Assembly (NCBI RefSeq): GCF_036802785.1
Contig: NZ_DAIRVN010000014.1
Span: 5,402 to 69,401, forward strand
From: Pararhodobacter sp.
Lineage (GTDB): Bacteria > Pseudomonadota > Alphaproteobacteria > Rhodobacterales > Rhodobacteraceae
Reading direction: 5' to 3'
Length of the DNA: 64,000 nucleotides
Under the pieces are notes generated by a model that saw only the letters and a list, made by a program, of their open reading frames with translations, ran no database searches and was not told the origin of the DNA. The translations under genes and the position numbers were made by a program. This document shows, piece after piece, positions 18,466 to 27,956 of the stretch. Within the stretch, counting starts at the first letter, position 1; the number at the start of each line of letters is the position of its first letter.

Positions 18466-19158
18466 TCAGGGCCTCAGCCATCGGAGCGCATGGCGCAGAA
18501 AGGCCTGCCCCTGCGCCGTGACGGGTGCGCCATGGGCCATCAGAACCTTCTCTGTCGGCCATTCCAGAATCTGCCGTATCGCCGCTCGGGCCGCCGCCCG
18601 GTCGGTAAAGGCCAGCCGGAACTTGCGTGGAACCGAGGGTTCGGGCGCCGTCATCAGGTCAAGCCGGGCGAGGATGGCCCGCCAGCCGGTGAACCAGCCC
18701 GGCGGGAACTGTTGCAGCAGATCGGTAAAAAGGGCGGTCCGGCTGGCACGGTGGAAGAAGACCGCCTCTGTCGTGATCTGGTTGCCGCGCACCACCACCA
18801 CGTCAATTTCCCCGTCCCAGCCGGGCAGCATGGCGGTGCCGATCTCGCCCGCGATTGTGATATCCGGGCGCTTCTCGCGCAGACCGGGCGGGGCGAAGAC
18901 CTGAGCCTGCGGAAAGGCGCGGTGCCAGTCTGCAAGGAACGTGTGGTGCAGGCTGTTCGGCGCGATCAGATAGCGGACCTTGCCCAGGGCCTCGATTTGC
19001 GCGCGCAGTTCAGGGCCAAGCGCAACGGGTGACCACAGAACCAGATCGCCGTTACGCAGGCGGAGGACGGCCATGCGGGTGGGGTAATGAAACCCCGCCG
19101 CTGCCGTCACAACCGGCCCGTCAGCAATCCAGATATCCGGCCCGAACTTGGTCAGCAT
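18466..19158 (-). CDS. DUF4336-domain protein (metallo-beta-lactamase-fold-like)
   Basis: ATG 19158 follows GGAGGG. MLTKFGPDIWIADGP...MAVLRLRNGDLVLWSPVAL...VRYLIAPNSLHHTFLADW matches my recollection of the DUF4336 family. Confidence 0.7.
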   Translation of the reverse strand: MLTKFGPDIWIADGPVVTAAAGFHYPTRMAVLRLRNGDLVLWSPVALGPELRAQIEALGKVRYLIAPNSLHHTFLADWHRAFPQAQVFAPPGLREKRPDITIAGEIGTAMLPGWDGEIDVVVVRGNQITTEAVFFHRASRTALFTDLLQQFPPGWFTGWRAILARLDLMTAPEPSVPRKFRLAFTDRAAARAAIRQILEWPTEKVLMAHGAPVTAQGQAFLRHALRWLRP

Positions 19159-19193
19159 GACACCCTCCACGAATCTTTACAGATGTATAAAAT

Positions 19194-19205
19194 TACACTA
19201 GTGTA
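19194..19205. promoter_or_regulatory. Perfect 12-bp palindrome TACACTAGTGTA in the 52-bp AT-rich divergent spacer; candidate TetR operator
   Basis: It lies between the DUF4336 start (19158, minus) and the TetR start (19211, plus). It is flanked by a direct TGTATA repeat. The spacer is the most AT-rich stretch in the neighbourhood. Confidence 0.4.
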
Positions 19206-19210
19206 TACTT

Positions 19211-19786
19211 ATGGCAAGCATGAAACGCACCGACCGCTCCCGCGCCCAGATCCTCGACGCCGCCGATGCCGCCTTCCGGCAGTCGGGTTTTGACGGCACC
19301 TCGGTTGAGGAAATCGCCACCCGCGCCGGGCTGACCCGCAAGACCGTCTACAACCTCTTCCGCTCGAAAGAAGACATCGCGCTGAGCCTGATCGCGCGTG
19401 CCGAGGCGGCAGATACCGGCTACCGCGCGCGCATTGCCGCGAATGAAGATGCCGTGGCGCTGATGGAAATGGTGCTCATCGACAGCGCGCACTGGTGCAT
19501 TGCCAACCCCGCACTGGCCCGGCTTGCACTGGCACCGCGCGAAAGACCATCCGCCCACCCGCCGCCGGATCGCCCGTCTTTTCAGGGGCTTGTGCGTGAT
19601 ACCGTGGTGCTTGGCCAGCAACAGGGGCGCATACGGCAGGACGAACCCGCCGGGTTCATGGCGCTGATCCTGCTGGCGGTTTATGGTCAGGCGATGCTGA
19701 GCGCTTTGCCCGGCGCCACGGTCAGCGAGGCCGAAATCCGCAAGATCGTCCGGCTGGTGGTGGAGGGGATCGGCGCCGGAAACTGA
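19211..19786 (+). CDS. TetR/AcrR-family transcriptional regulator
   Basis: N-terminal HTH: RAQILDAADAAFRQSGFDGTSVEEIATRAGLTRKTVYNLFRSKEDI. Confidence 0.85.
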   Translation: MASMKRTDRSRAQILDAADAAFRQSGFDGTSVEEIATRAGLTRKTVYNLFRSKEDIALSLIARAEAADTGYRARIAANEDAVALMEMVLIDSAHWCIANPALARLALAPRERPSAHPPPDRPSFQGLVRDTVVLGQQQGRIRQDEPAGFMALILLAVYGQAMLSALPGATVSEAEIRKIVRLVVEGIGAGN

Positions 19787-19801
19787 CCCGGCCGCCCTGC
19801 C

Positions 19802-20428
19802 CTACACCACGCCCGCCGCTTTCCGCGCCAGCCAGATCGTCGCACCACCGCAGGAGGCGTCGTTTTCGACATGGCAGATCACCTCAAACCCGTTCTTTTC
19901 CAACCGCTGCCGGTATTCAGCGCTATCGAGGCTTCCATGATAGAGCGGCTGCCCCTCGAACGTGCCGATCGCCTCGCCCTGCTCCGTGCCGGAGGTGAAC
20001 AGCAGCGCGGCACCGGGAAGGGCAAGACGGCTGAAGGTTTCAAACAGCGGCCGCTGGTCTTCGGGCGTCAGGTGGAAAAAGCTGTGCCACGCCACCAGCC
20101 CGTGAAACCGCCCCAGCGGCGGCAGATCGCGCATATCGGCGGTGATCCATCTTTGCGCCGGAAAGCGCGCGCGGGCGATATCGGTCATCGCTGCGGCGCC
20201 GTCCACGCCGGTGATATGGCAGCCGTTTTCAATCAGATAGCCTGCGATGGGCTGGCCGGTGCCACAGCCAAGATCCAGAACAGCGCGCTCGCCGGGCGGC
20301 CCTGAGGGCAGCGATGCAAGGAAGCGTTCCAGCCAGGGCCGCTCCATCAGCGCCGTTGCGCGCAGGGTAAGCCAGGCGGCGGCGTGGGTCTGATAAAGGT
20401 CAATCACGCTGTCAGCGGCTTTGGACAT
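19802..20428 (-). CDS. Class I SAM-dependent methyltransferase
   Basis: Motif I is VLDLGCGTGQP. Start is at ATG 20428 (MSKAADSVIDLY...). The longer ORF to 20512 has no family support. Confidence 0.8.
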   Translation of the reverse strand: MSKAADSVIDLYQTHAAAWLTLRATALMERPWLERFLASLPSGPPGERAVLDLGCGTGQPIAGYLIENGCHITGVDGAAAMTDIARARFPAQRWITADMRDLPPLGRFHGLVAWHSFFHLTPEDQRPLFETFSRLALPGAALLFTSGTEQGEAIGTFEGQPLYHGSLDSAEYRQRLEKNGFEVICHVENDASCGGATIWLARKAAGVV

Positions 20429-20556
20429 CCCCGTTCCCTTTCCGGCCCGCCCCAGACTGCCGCACAACCGCTGCGGCGACAAGCAGGAACGGGGCGGCCC
20501 GGACAGGGTCAAAGCGGGTCGCCTGCCCCCGTTTCATGAGGGCAGGCACCTTCGCG

Positions 20557-21192
20557 TCAGACCGGGCGGATATTCTCAATCCAGTGCCTGTGCAGCTCCT
20601 CGACCGCACCACTGCTCAGCAGCGGCATCGCCGCGCGCAACTGATCATCGGTCCAGTCCCACCACCTCATGTCCAGCAACAGCGCGACCAGCCGGTCCTC
20701 AAACCGCCTGCGGATCACCTTGGCGGGGTTGCCGCCGACAATCGCATAGGGCGCCACGTCGCGCGTCACCAGCGCGCGGGTGCCGATCACCGCACCATCG
20801 GCGATCCTGACCCCGGGCAGAATGACCGCCTCGGCCCCGATCCAGACATCGTTGCCGATCACGGTGTCCCCCGCCGCCAGATAGCCGTTCGCCGCGCCGG
20901 TAAAGACGGGTTCTTCGGACATCCAGTAAAAGGGAAAGGTGCTGATCCAGTCATGCCGGTGCCCCTGATTGCCCGCCATGATGAAAGCCGCCCCCGTGCC
21001 GATCGAACAGAAACTGCCGATGATCAGCCGGTCCGCGCCGTCATCGGGCAAAAGATAGCGGGCGCAGTCGTCAAAGCTGTGGCCGTGGTAATAGCCGGAG
21101 TAATAGCTGTAGCGCCCGACAATGAGGTTTGGATGTGTGACCTGCCGGTCAAGCGTCACGCCCCGGAAGGGGCTTTCGAAATAGTTGTCCAT
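20557..21192 (-). CDS. catB: CatB-type (xenobiotic, hexapeptide-repeat) chloramphenicol O-acetyltransferase
   Basis: [11 protein letters not shown]...[26 protein letters not shown]...[32 protein letters not shown]...[12 protein letters not shown]...[14 protein letters not shown]...[10 protein letters not shown] is near-colinear with CatB3-like proteins as I recall them. Confidence 0.85.
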   Translation of the reverse strand: MDNYFESPFRGVTLDRQVTHPNLIVGRYSYYSGYYHGHSFDDCARYLLPDDGADRLIIGSFCSIGTGAAFIMAGNQGHRHDWISTFPFYWMSEEPVFTGAANGYLAAGDTVIGNDVWIGAEAVILPGVRIADGAVIGTRALVTRDVAPYAIVGGNPAKVIRRRFEDRLVALLLDMRWWDWTDDQLRAAMPLLSSGAVEELHRHWIENIRPV

Positions 21193-21425
21193 CTGAAGGT
21201 CTCTGAATGAGGGATCCGTTCGCCCGCACAATCCGTGACCTCACAGGCCGGGACCGCACAGGTAAAGACGGCGCGAAAGCCCATGGCTTCGCGCACAGCC
21301 CCCGGCAGGATGCGGGGGCGCGACATTCAGAGGGTTCGTCGCGCGGCCTTCATCGGTGTTCAAGCCCTTCCGGTATGCCGGTATTCTGCCCCGGATCAGC
21401 GGCCATGCCAAGCCCTCTCCCCGCC

Positions 21426-22382
21426 TTACCGCGCCCGGCGGCTCAGCGCGCTGACGCTCACCGCGCCCAGAATGATCAGGCCCACCAGCACCTGCCGCAC
21501 ATAGCTGTCCACCGCCATCTGTGTCAGCCCGTTGTCCAGCACGCCCAGCGTGACCACCCCTGCCAGCGTCGCCAGCACCCGCGGCTGCCCGCTTTCGGTC
21601 AGCGTCATGCCAAGAAACACCGCCGCGATGCCGGTCAGCATCAACCCGTCGCCCTGCGTCGGATTGGCCGAGGCGACGCGGCTGGCATACATCAGCCCGG
21701 CGATGGCCGCACCGACCCCGGTAAAGGCAAAGGCCGTCAGCCGCAGCAGCGTCACCCGCACCCCCGCAAGCCGTGCCGCCGTGGCATTGCCACCGATGGC
21801 ATAGAGGCGGCGGCCATAATTCGTCTGTTCCAGCATCACCCAGATCACGAGGGTGACCGCCAGCGCGGTGATCGTCAGCCACGGCAGCACAAGCGGCCGC
21901 TCTCCCCCACCCAGCACGATGCCGGAGCGGGCAAAGCCGGAGAACGCCTCGGGAATGGCGCGGCCAAAGATCGTGCGCCCGCCGGACACCAGAAAGGCCG
22001 CGCCGGAATAGACGGTCAGCGTGGCCAGCGTCGCGACAAAGGGCAGAATGCCGATCACGCTGACCAGCACCCCGTTGATCAGCCCGCCTGCCAGCCCCAC
22101 CGCCAGCGCCGCCGCCAGGGCCGCAGGCACCGGCCATCCGGCGGCGAACATCACCGCCGCAACGACCCCGGCAAGCGAGGCCATGGAACCCACCGACAGG
22201 TCAAAATCGCCCATCACCATGACTACGGTCATCGTCACCGCGATCACCGCCAGCATGGAAATCTGCTGGCTGATGTTCAGCAGGTTGCGCGCGGTCATGA
22301 AGGTATCGGGCAGGCTGACCCAGAAAAACAGGATGATGCCCAGCATGCCGATCAGACTGGCAGAGCGTCGCAGGAAAATCAT
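21426..22382 (-). CDS. Sugar ABC transporter permease (RbsC/AraH-like)
   Basis: ~10-TM permease. ATG 22382 overlaps the ATPase stop (ATGA). Position 22400 in the ORF track is a GTG. Confidence 0.85.
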   Translation of the reverse strand: MIFLRRSASLIGMLGIILFFWVSLPDTFMTARNLLNISQQISMLAVIAVTMTVVMVMGDFDLSVGSMASLAGVVAAVMFAAGWPVPAALAAALAVGLAGGLINGVLVSVIGILPFVATLATLTVYSGAAFLVSGGRTIFGRAIPEAFSGFARSGIVLGGGERPLVLPWLTITALAVTLVIWVMLEQTNYGRRLYAIGGNATAARLAGVRVTLLRLTAFAFTGVGAAIAGLMYASRVASANPTQGDGLMLTGIAAVFLGMTLTESGQPRVLATLAGVVTLGVLDNGLTQMAVDSYVRQVLVGLIILGAVSVSALSRRAR

Positions 22383-23884
22383 GGCATCTCCGGGTAACAC
22401 AGGGTCAGAAGCTGCGCCTCGCTCAGCGCGGTATTGTCCACCAGACGGGCCAGCCGCCCCTCCTGCAGCACGGCGATACGGTCGGCAAGGCCCAGCACCT
22501 CGGTCAGGTCAGACGAGGTCAGGATCACGCCCATACCGGCGGCGCCCAGTTCGCGGATCAGGCGGTAAATCTCATATTTCGCGCCGATATCCACGCCGCG
22601 CGTCGGCTCATCCAGCAGCAGCACCCGGGGCCGCCCGGCGATGGCGCGGGCGAAAAGCACCTTCTGCTGGTTGCCGCCTGACAGATGATCGCAATGCTGC
22701 CGGTGCGAGGCCGCGCGCAGCCGCACCCGCCCGCCCTGCTCCCTGACCAGCGCGGCCTCGGCCCGGCGGTTCACGAGAACACCGGCGCGGGCGAGGGCTG
22801 ACAGATGCGGCAGCGCCACATTCTCGGCAATCGGCCGGTGAATCATCAACCCCTCGGCGCGCCGCTCGCGCGGGACATAGGCCATCCCCGCCGCCCAGGT
22901 TTCTGCCGGGCTGCGGCCCGGGTCGCGCCCGTTCAGCGTGATCGCGCCCCCCGCGCGCGGGATCGCGCCGATCAGCGCGCGCAGCAGCGCCCCGCGCCCG
23001 GAGCCGGCCAGCCCGGCGATGGCCAGCACCTCACCCGGCGCAAGGTCAAGGTCGATGTCGGACAGGCCCGCGCAATGCAGCCCCCGCACGCGCAGCACCG
23101 GCTCCGCTTTTGGCTGCGCGATGCGCGGCGGGAACAGCTCGGACAGGTCGCGCCCGGTCATGTCATGGATGATGGTGGTCTGGTCGGTATCCTGCATCGG
23201 GTGGCAGGACACCACCTTGCCGTCGCGCAGCACCGTGACCCGGCGGGCAAGGCGCGTCACCTCGGCCATGCGGTGGCTGACGTACAGCACCCCTGCCCCC
23301 GCCCCGGTCAGCTCACCGATCACGGCAAACAGCCGCTCCGATTCTGCCCCCGTCAGGGCGGCGGTCGGCTCGTCCATGACGTAAAGCCATGGCCGGTCCG
23401 CGCCCAGCAGGGTCGCCGCAATCCGCACCAGCATCTGATCGCCCGGCCCAAGGCGCGACATCGGCTGGCGCGGGTCGATATGGTCCACCCGCAGCCGGTC
23501 CAGCGCGCCCCGCGCCGCCCGGTTCAGCACGCGCCAGTCCACAAGGCCCAGACGGCGCGGATATGGCAGGGAAAGGTGCATGTTCTCGGCGACCGACAGC
23601 GACGGCACCACATGCAGTTCCTGATGCAGAAACCGCAGCCCCGCCGCCTGCGCCGCACTGGCCGAGGCAATCCGCACCGGGGCGCCGTTCAGCCGCATCC
23701 CCCCGCTGTCGGGCGCCTCCAGCCCCGCGATCAGGCGGATCAGCGTGGATTTCCCCGCCCCGTTCTCACCCATGAGCGCATGCACCTCACCCGCGCGCAG
23801 GGTCAGATGCACATCGTCCAGTGCCTGCACCGGGCCGTAGCGGCGGCTGACGCCCTCAAGGGTCAGGCATCCCGTGTCAGTCAA
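22379..23884 (-). CDS. Sugar ABC transporter ATP-binding protein, duplicated ATPase (RbsA-like)
   Basis: Two ABC cassettes are present: GENGAGKST ... LSGGNQQKVLFARA ... LLLDEPTRGVD. The apparent start is TTG at 23884, which overlaps the SBP gene's 3' end by 8 nt. Confidence 0.9.
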   Translation of the reverse strand: MTDTGCLTLEGVSRRYGPVQALDDVHLTLRAGEVHALMGENGAGKSTLIRLIAGLEAPDSGGMRLNGAPVRIASASAAQAAGLRFLHQELHVVPSLSVAENMHLSLPYPRRLGLVDWRVLNRAARGALDRLRVDHIDPRQPMSRLGPGDQMLVRIAATLLGADRPWLYVMDEPTAALTGAESERLFAVIGELTGAGAGVLYVSHRMAEVTRLARRVTVLRDGKVVSCHPMQDTDQTTIIHDMTGRDLSELFPPRIAQPKAEPVLRVRGLHCAGLSDIDLDLAPGEVLAIAGLAGSGRGALLRALIGAIPRAGGAITLNGRDPGRSPAETWAAGMAYVPRERRAEGLMIHRPIAENVALPHLSALARAGVLVNRRAEAALVREQGGRVRLRAASHRQHCDHLSGGNQQKVLFARAIAGRPRVLLLDEPTRGVDIGAKYEIYRLIRELGAAGMGVILTSSDLTEVLGLADRIAVLQEGRLARLVDNTALSEAQLLTLCYPEMP

Positions 23885-24812
23885 CGGCGTTCTGCACCGT
23901 GATCAGCACCGTGGGCACATAAACAACCCGCGAGACAAGGGTTTCGCCCGCCAGCAGCCGCGCCACCGTCTGCGCGGTTGCCCGCCCGATCCCGGCGAAA
24001 TCCTGCGCCACCGAGGCCTCGAAACTGCCGCCTGCCGCGATCGCATCGCGCGCCTGCGGGTTGGCATCAATCCCGGTGATCACGATCCCCTCATCCTCGC
24101 GCCCCGCCGCCTCGATCGCCTGCAACGCCCCCAGCGCCGGCTGATCCCAGGCGGCCCAGACCGCGGCGATGCTGCCCGGCTCAGGGTGGGCGGCCAGAAT
24201 AGCCTCCATCCGCGCGCGGCTGTCGGCGATCCCCCCGTCTGATACATCGGGCGTCACCCGGTCAAGAACGGTGATATCGGGGTGGTTGGCAAAAACTGCA
24301 TCGGCAATCACGCCGCGCAGCTGCACGGGCGGAAACGGGTCAAAGGTGAACATCACCACATTGCCCGCTCCGCCGATCCGATTGGCGACATAGACGGCGG
24401 TTTCCGCCGCCATCGCATAGCCGTTCGAGGTGACATTGGCCGCGACCATCGGGTCATTGCCCGCATCCATCCCCACCACCGGAATCCCGGCCTCCGCCGC
24501 CCGGTGCAGCCCGGCACCCACCTGCGCGGGGTCCACATTGATCACGATGGCATCGACATTGCGCGTCACCGCATCCTCGATCCGGCTGATCACGGCGGCA
24601 ACGTCGCCGGCGGTGTCGATGACATTCACCCTCCAGCCCAGCTCAGCCGCCTCGGCCTCGAAGGCCTCGACATAGAACTGCGTGCCGGGCTGGGCGAGGT
24701 AGGGGGTGATCACCGCCACCGTCTGGGCCACCGCCTGTCCCGGCGCCCCGCCCGCCGCCATGCCCAGCAAGGCCCCTGCGGCAAGCGCCGCTGCGCGTGT
24801 GATCCTTGTCAT
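23877..24812 (-). CDS. Sugar ABC transporter periplasmic binding protein (RbsB-like)
   Basis: ATG 24812 follows GGGAGAG. The signal is MTRITRAAALAAGALLGMAAGG. The fold sequence is periplasmic-binding-protein type I-like. Confidence 0.85.
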   Translation of the reverse strand: MTRITRAAALAAGALLGMAAGGAPGQAVAQTVAVITPYLAQPGTQFYVEAFEAEAAELGWRVNVIDTAGDVAAVISRIEDAVTRNVDAIVINVDPAQVGAGLHRAAEAGIPVVGMDAGNDPMVAANVTSNGYAMAAETAVYVANRIGGAGNVVMFTFDPFPPVQLRGVIADAVFANHPDITVLDRVTPDVSDGGIADSRARMEAILAAHPEPGSIAAVWAAWDQPALGALQAIEAAGREDEGIVITGIDANPQARDAIAAGGSFEASVAQDFAGIGRATAQTVARLLAGETLVSRVVYVPTVLITVQNAVD

Positions 24813-25049
24813 CCGATCTCTCCCAGAAATTGCCAGCCCTGAAATGCCCGCCACCCGGGCCTGCCGGGTGGATTATTGGCAGGGGCGCGCTGCGCTGTCC
24901 AGCCCGCAGCACCTTTTGCACCGCCCGGGGAATGCAGAACGCCCTTGCCGCTTCATCTTGCCGCAAATACGCATATCCTGACATTGGCCAGAGGCGATGG
25001 CGCCGGGGAAAGTCAGCGACAGAACCCCGGCCGCACAGAAAGGCAGCGG

Positions 25050-26507
25050 ATGCAGGCATTGATCGGGATCGACATTGGCACCAGCGCGGTCAAGGGCGTG
25101 CTCTGCACGCTGTCCGGCGGGCGGCTGGCCGGCTACGCCGCGCCCTATCCGACCGCGCGCCCCGCCCCACGCCGTGTCGAGCAGGACGCGGCAGACTGGT
25201 GGGCGCATGTCATGGCGGCGCTTGACCATTTCGCCGGGGTCGCGGCGCGAGACGGTGTGCAGGTGGCGGGCATCGGCGTCACCAGTCAGGTCAACACGCA
25301 TCTGTTCTGCGGCCCCGGCCTGACCCCGCTCGCGCCCGCCATCGTCTGGCAGGACGGGCGGGCGGCGGAGCATGGCGCGGCGCTGGAATCGCGCGTCACG
25401 GCTGAGGAAAAGACCCGCGCGCTGGGGGCGCCCATACCGATTGACGCGAGCCATGCCCTGTCGCGGATGGGCTGGATGGCCGGGACCGCGCCCGATATCT
25501 GGGCGGAAACCGCCCATGTGCTGCTGCCCAAGGACTGGGTGATCGCCCGGCTGACCGGCCGGGTCTCCGGCGATCCGATCTCGGCCGTCGGTCTGGTGGG
25601 GCCTGACCATCGCTACGCCGCCCCGGTTCTGGCACTGGTCGCGCGCGCCGCACAGGTGCTGCCGCCGCTGGCGGACCCGCTGGATATTGCCGGGCGCGTA
25701 CTGGCCGGGCCTTTCGCCGGGGTGCCGGTGGTGACCGGCACGATGGATGCCTGGGCCTCGATGTTCGGCACCGGCGTTGCAAGCGAGGGGCAGGCGATGA
25801 ACCTGTCCGGCACCTCCGAGGTGCTGGGCCTGATCTCTGCCCGCAGGCGGCCCGAGCCGGGGGTGATCACCTTCCCCGAATGGCGCGCGATCACCCTGCA
25901 CGCGGGGCCGACACAGGCCGGGGGTGCCTCGCTTGGCTGGCTGGCGCGCCTTTTCAGCACCGATGTCGCCGATCTGCCCGAACCCGCGCCGGTCATCGCC
26001 GACAGCCCGCTTTTCCTGCCGCATCTTGAGGGCGAGCGCGCGCCGCTGTGGGATATGGCGGCGCGCGGCGCGTTTGCCGGGCTTTCGGGCGCAACCGGCC
26101 CGGCCGAGATGGTCGCGGCGGTGATGGAGGGGGTGGCCTTTTCGGCGCGCCTTGCGCTTGAGGCGCTGGAGCGGTCGGGCGATCGCCGGGTCAGCGCGGT
26201 GCAGGCGGGCGGGGGTGGCACCACGTCAGACGCTTGGTGCGCGATCCGCGCCGACGCGCTGGGGCGCAGCGTGATCCGCATGGAAGCGCGCGATGCCGGG
26301 GCCATGGGCGCGATGGTCATGGCGGGGGTGGGCACCGGCCTTCTGCCTGATCTTGCGACGGCGGCAAAAAGCCTCGTGCGCGAAGACCGCCGCTTCACCC
26401 CTGACCCGGAAGGCGCAAGGCTGGCCGACACCCGCTTTGCCCTGTGGCGGGCGCTCTATGCCGGGGTGGGCCCGGTGAATGCGGGGCTGGCCGCCGGGCG
26501 GGGCTGA
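25050..26507 (+). CDS. FGGY-family carbohydrate kinase (xylulokinase-like)
   Basis: ATG 25050 gives MQALIGIDIGTSAVKGVL, the FGGY N-terminal ATPase motif. FGGY C-terminal motifs are also present (GGGTTSDAWCAIRADALG). It is divergent from the sugar ABC operon. Confidence 0.85.
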   Translation: MQALIGIDIGTSAVKGVLCTLSGGRLAGYAAPYPTARPAPRRVEQDAADWWAHVMAALDHFAGVAARDGVQVAGIGVTSQVNTHLFCGPGLTPLAPAIVWQDGRAAEHGAALESRVTAEEKTRALGAPIPIDASHALSRMGWMAGTAPDIWAETAHVLLPKDWVIARLTGRVSGDPISAVGLVGPDHRYAAPVLALVARAAQVLPPLADPLDIAGRVLAGPFAGVPVVTGTMDAWASMFGTGVASEGQAMNLSGTSEVLGLISARRRPEPGVITFPEWRAITLHAGPTQAGGASLGWLARLFSTDVADLPEPAPVIADSPLFLPHLEGERAPLWDMAARGAFAGLSGATGPAEMVAAVMEGVAFSARLALEALERSGDRRVSAVQAGGGGTTSDAWCAIRADALGRSVIRMEARDAGAMGAMVMAGVGTGLLPDLATAAKSLVREDRRFTPDPEGARLADTRFALWRALYAGVGPVNAGLAAGRG

Positions 26508-26616
26508 AGGAGCGGGCGCGCATTACGGATTTAATTCTGCGCGCGTCTTGCAACCCCCGCCCTGAACCCACAACTTCCTCCGAGGGTGGATCTGCTGCCT
26601 GCGAGGGATTGTTGAC

Positions 26617-27537
26617 GTGGATTACCTCTATCTGCTTGCCGGGCTCATTGGTCTGTTCTTCGGCGGCGAGGCGCTGGTGCGCGGCAGTGTCGGCATTGCC
26701 CGGCGCATGGCCATCCCGCCGCTGCTGATCGGCCTCACGGTTGTGGGTTTCGGCACCTCCACGCCTGAGCTGCTGGTATCGGTCGATGCCGCGTGGCGCG
26801 GGGTGCCGGATATTGCGCTTGGCAATATCATCGGCTCGAACATCGCCAATATTCTGCTGATCATCGGCCTGTCGGCGCTGGTCTGGCCGATCACGGTCAT
26901 GGGCGCGACACTGCGGCGTGACACAGTGGTCATGGTAGCAGGTGCGCTTTTGCTGGTGCCGATGTTCGCCCTTGGGCAGGTGGGGCGGCTGCCGGGGCTG
27001 CTGCTGGTGGCGGGTCTGGCCGGGTATCTGGTCTGGGCCTACCGTCAGCCCGGCGAAAGCGTGAGCGAGGAAGAGGGGCTGCCCGCCCCGTCCTCGGTTC
27101 TGGTGTCGGTTCTGTGGGTGATCGGCGGGCTGGTGGCGCTGATGCTTGGCGCGCGGTTTCTGGTGGATGGCGCCGTCTCCATCGCGCGCGGCTACGGGAT
27201 ATCGGAGGCCTTCATCGGCCTGACCATCGTCGCCGTCGGCACCTCGCTGCCCGAACTGGCGACATCGCTGATTGCCGCGCTGCGCAGGCAATCGGCAATC
27301 GCCATCGGCAATATCGTCGGCTCCAACATCTTCAACATCTTCGGCATTCTGGGCGTGACTGCGCTGATCACGCCGATCCCGGTTGCCGCGCGGTTCCTGA
27401 CCTTTGATCTGCCGGTCCTGATTGCCATGTCGCTGGTGCTGACAGCGCTGTTGCTGGCCCGTTCGGTGATCGGGCGCGGGGTGGGTGTGGCGATGCTTGT
27501 GGCCTATGCCGCCTATGTCTGGGCGGCTCAGGGATGA
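26617..27537 (+). CDS. CaCA-family calcium/sodium antiporter (YrbG-like)
   Basis: GTG start after GAGGGA. Two alpha-repeat motifs are present: GTSTPELLVS and GTSLPELATS, with GNIIGSNI and GNIVGSNI. Confidence 0.85.
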   Translation: MDYLYLLAGLIGLFFGGEALVRGSVGIARRMAIPPLLIGLTVVGFGTSTPELLVSVDAAWRGVPDIALGNIIGSNIANILLIIGLSALVWPITVMGATLRRDTVVMVAGALLLVPMFALGQVGRLPGLLLVAGLAGYLVWAYRQPGESVSEEEGLPAPSSVLVSVLWVIGGLVALMLGARFLVDGAVSIARGYGISEAFIGLTIVAVGTSLPELATSLIAALRRQSAIAIGNIVGSNIFNIFGILGVTALITPIPVAARFLTFDLPVLIAMSLVLTALLLARSVIGRGVGVAMLVAYAAYVWAAQG

Positions 27538-27908
27538 CACAGGTGCCGGCGACAGGAATGCTGCGGGCAGGGATGCTGCGGGCGCATGCGTTGCTGCCGC
27601 GCCTCCTTGTCGTGCTGGCCTTCCTGCTGTTCGGCCTGCCCCAGAACCAGCCTGGCGGCACGGGTGCGCCGGGCATTCCCGCCGCCGAGAAACCGGGCGC
27701 GCAGGCCGATGCCATCCTCCCCCTGCAGCGCCAGTTTCTGCGCGCGCCCCTGCCCGGTGATACCCCGCCGGATATGGCGGTGCCGCAGGGCGCCGTTCCG
27801 CCCCGCCCGCCGCTTCAGGCGGCGCGGCTGCACCCGGCCCCGCGACCGCCCCTGCCGCGTGTTGCCGATGCCATCCTGCCCCCGGTCAGGGGCCCGCCTG
27901 CGGCCTGA
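27534..27908 (+). CDS. Hypothetical single-pass membrane-anchored proline-rich protein
   Basis: The ATG overlaps the CaCA stop (ATGA at 27534-27537). There is one hydrophobic helix (LLPRLLVVLAFLLFGL) followed by a Pro-rich tail. Third-position GC is high, like neighbouring genes. I recognise no family. Confidence 0.4.
   Translation: MTQVPATGMLRAGMLRAHALLPRLLVVLAFLLFGLPQNQPGGTGAPGIPAAEKPGAQADAILPLQRQFLRAPLPGDTPPDMAVPQGAVPPRPPLQAARLHPAPRPPLPRVADAILPPVRGPPAA
27555..27584 (+). repeat. Tandem 15-bp duplication (2 copies, 13/15 identical) encoding GMLRA-GMLRA
   Basis: GGAATGCTGCGGGCA followed by GGGATGCTGCGGGCG, inside the N-terminus of the proline-rich ORF. Confidence 0.5.
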
Positions 27909-27956
27909 CACACGTTTCGTCAGGCTGAACTCTCAGGCAAAAAATGGATACTGAAC

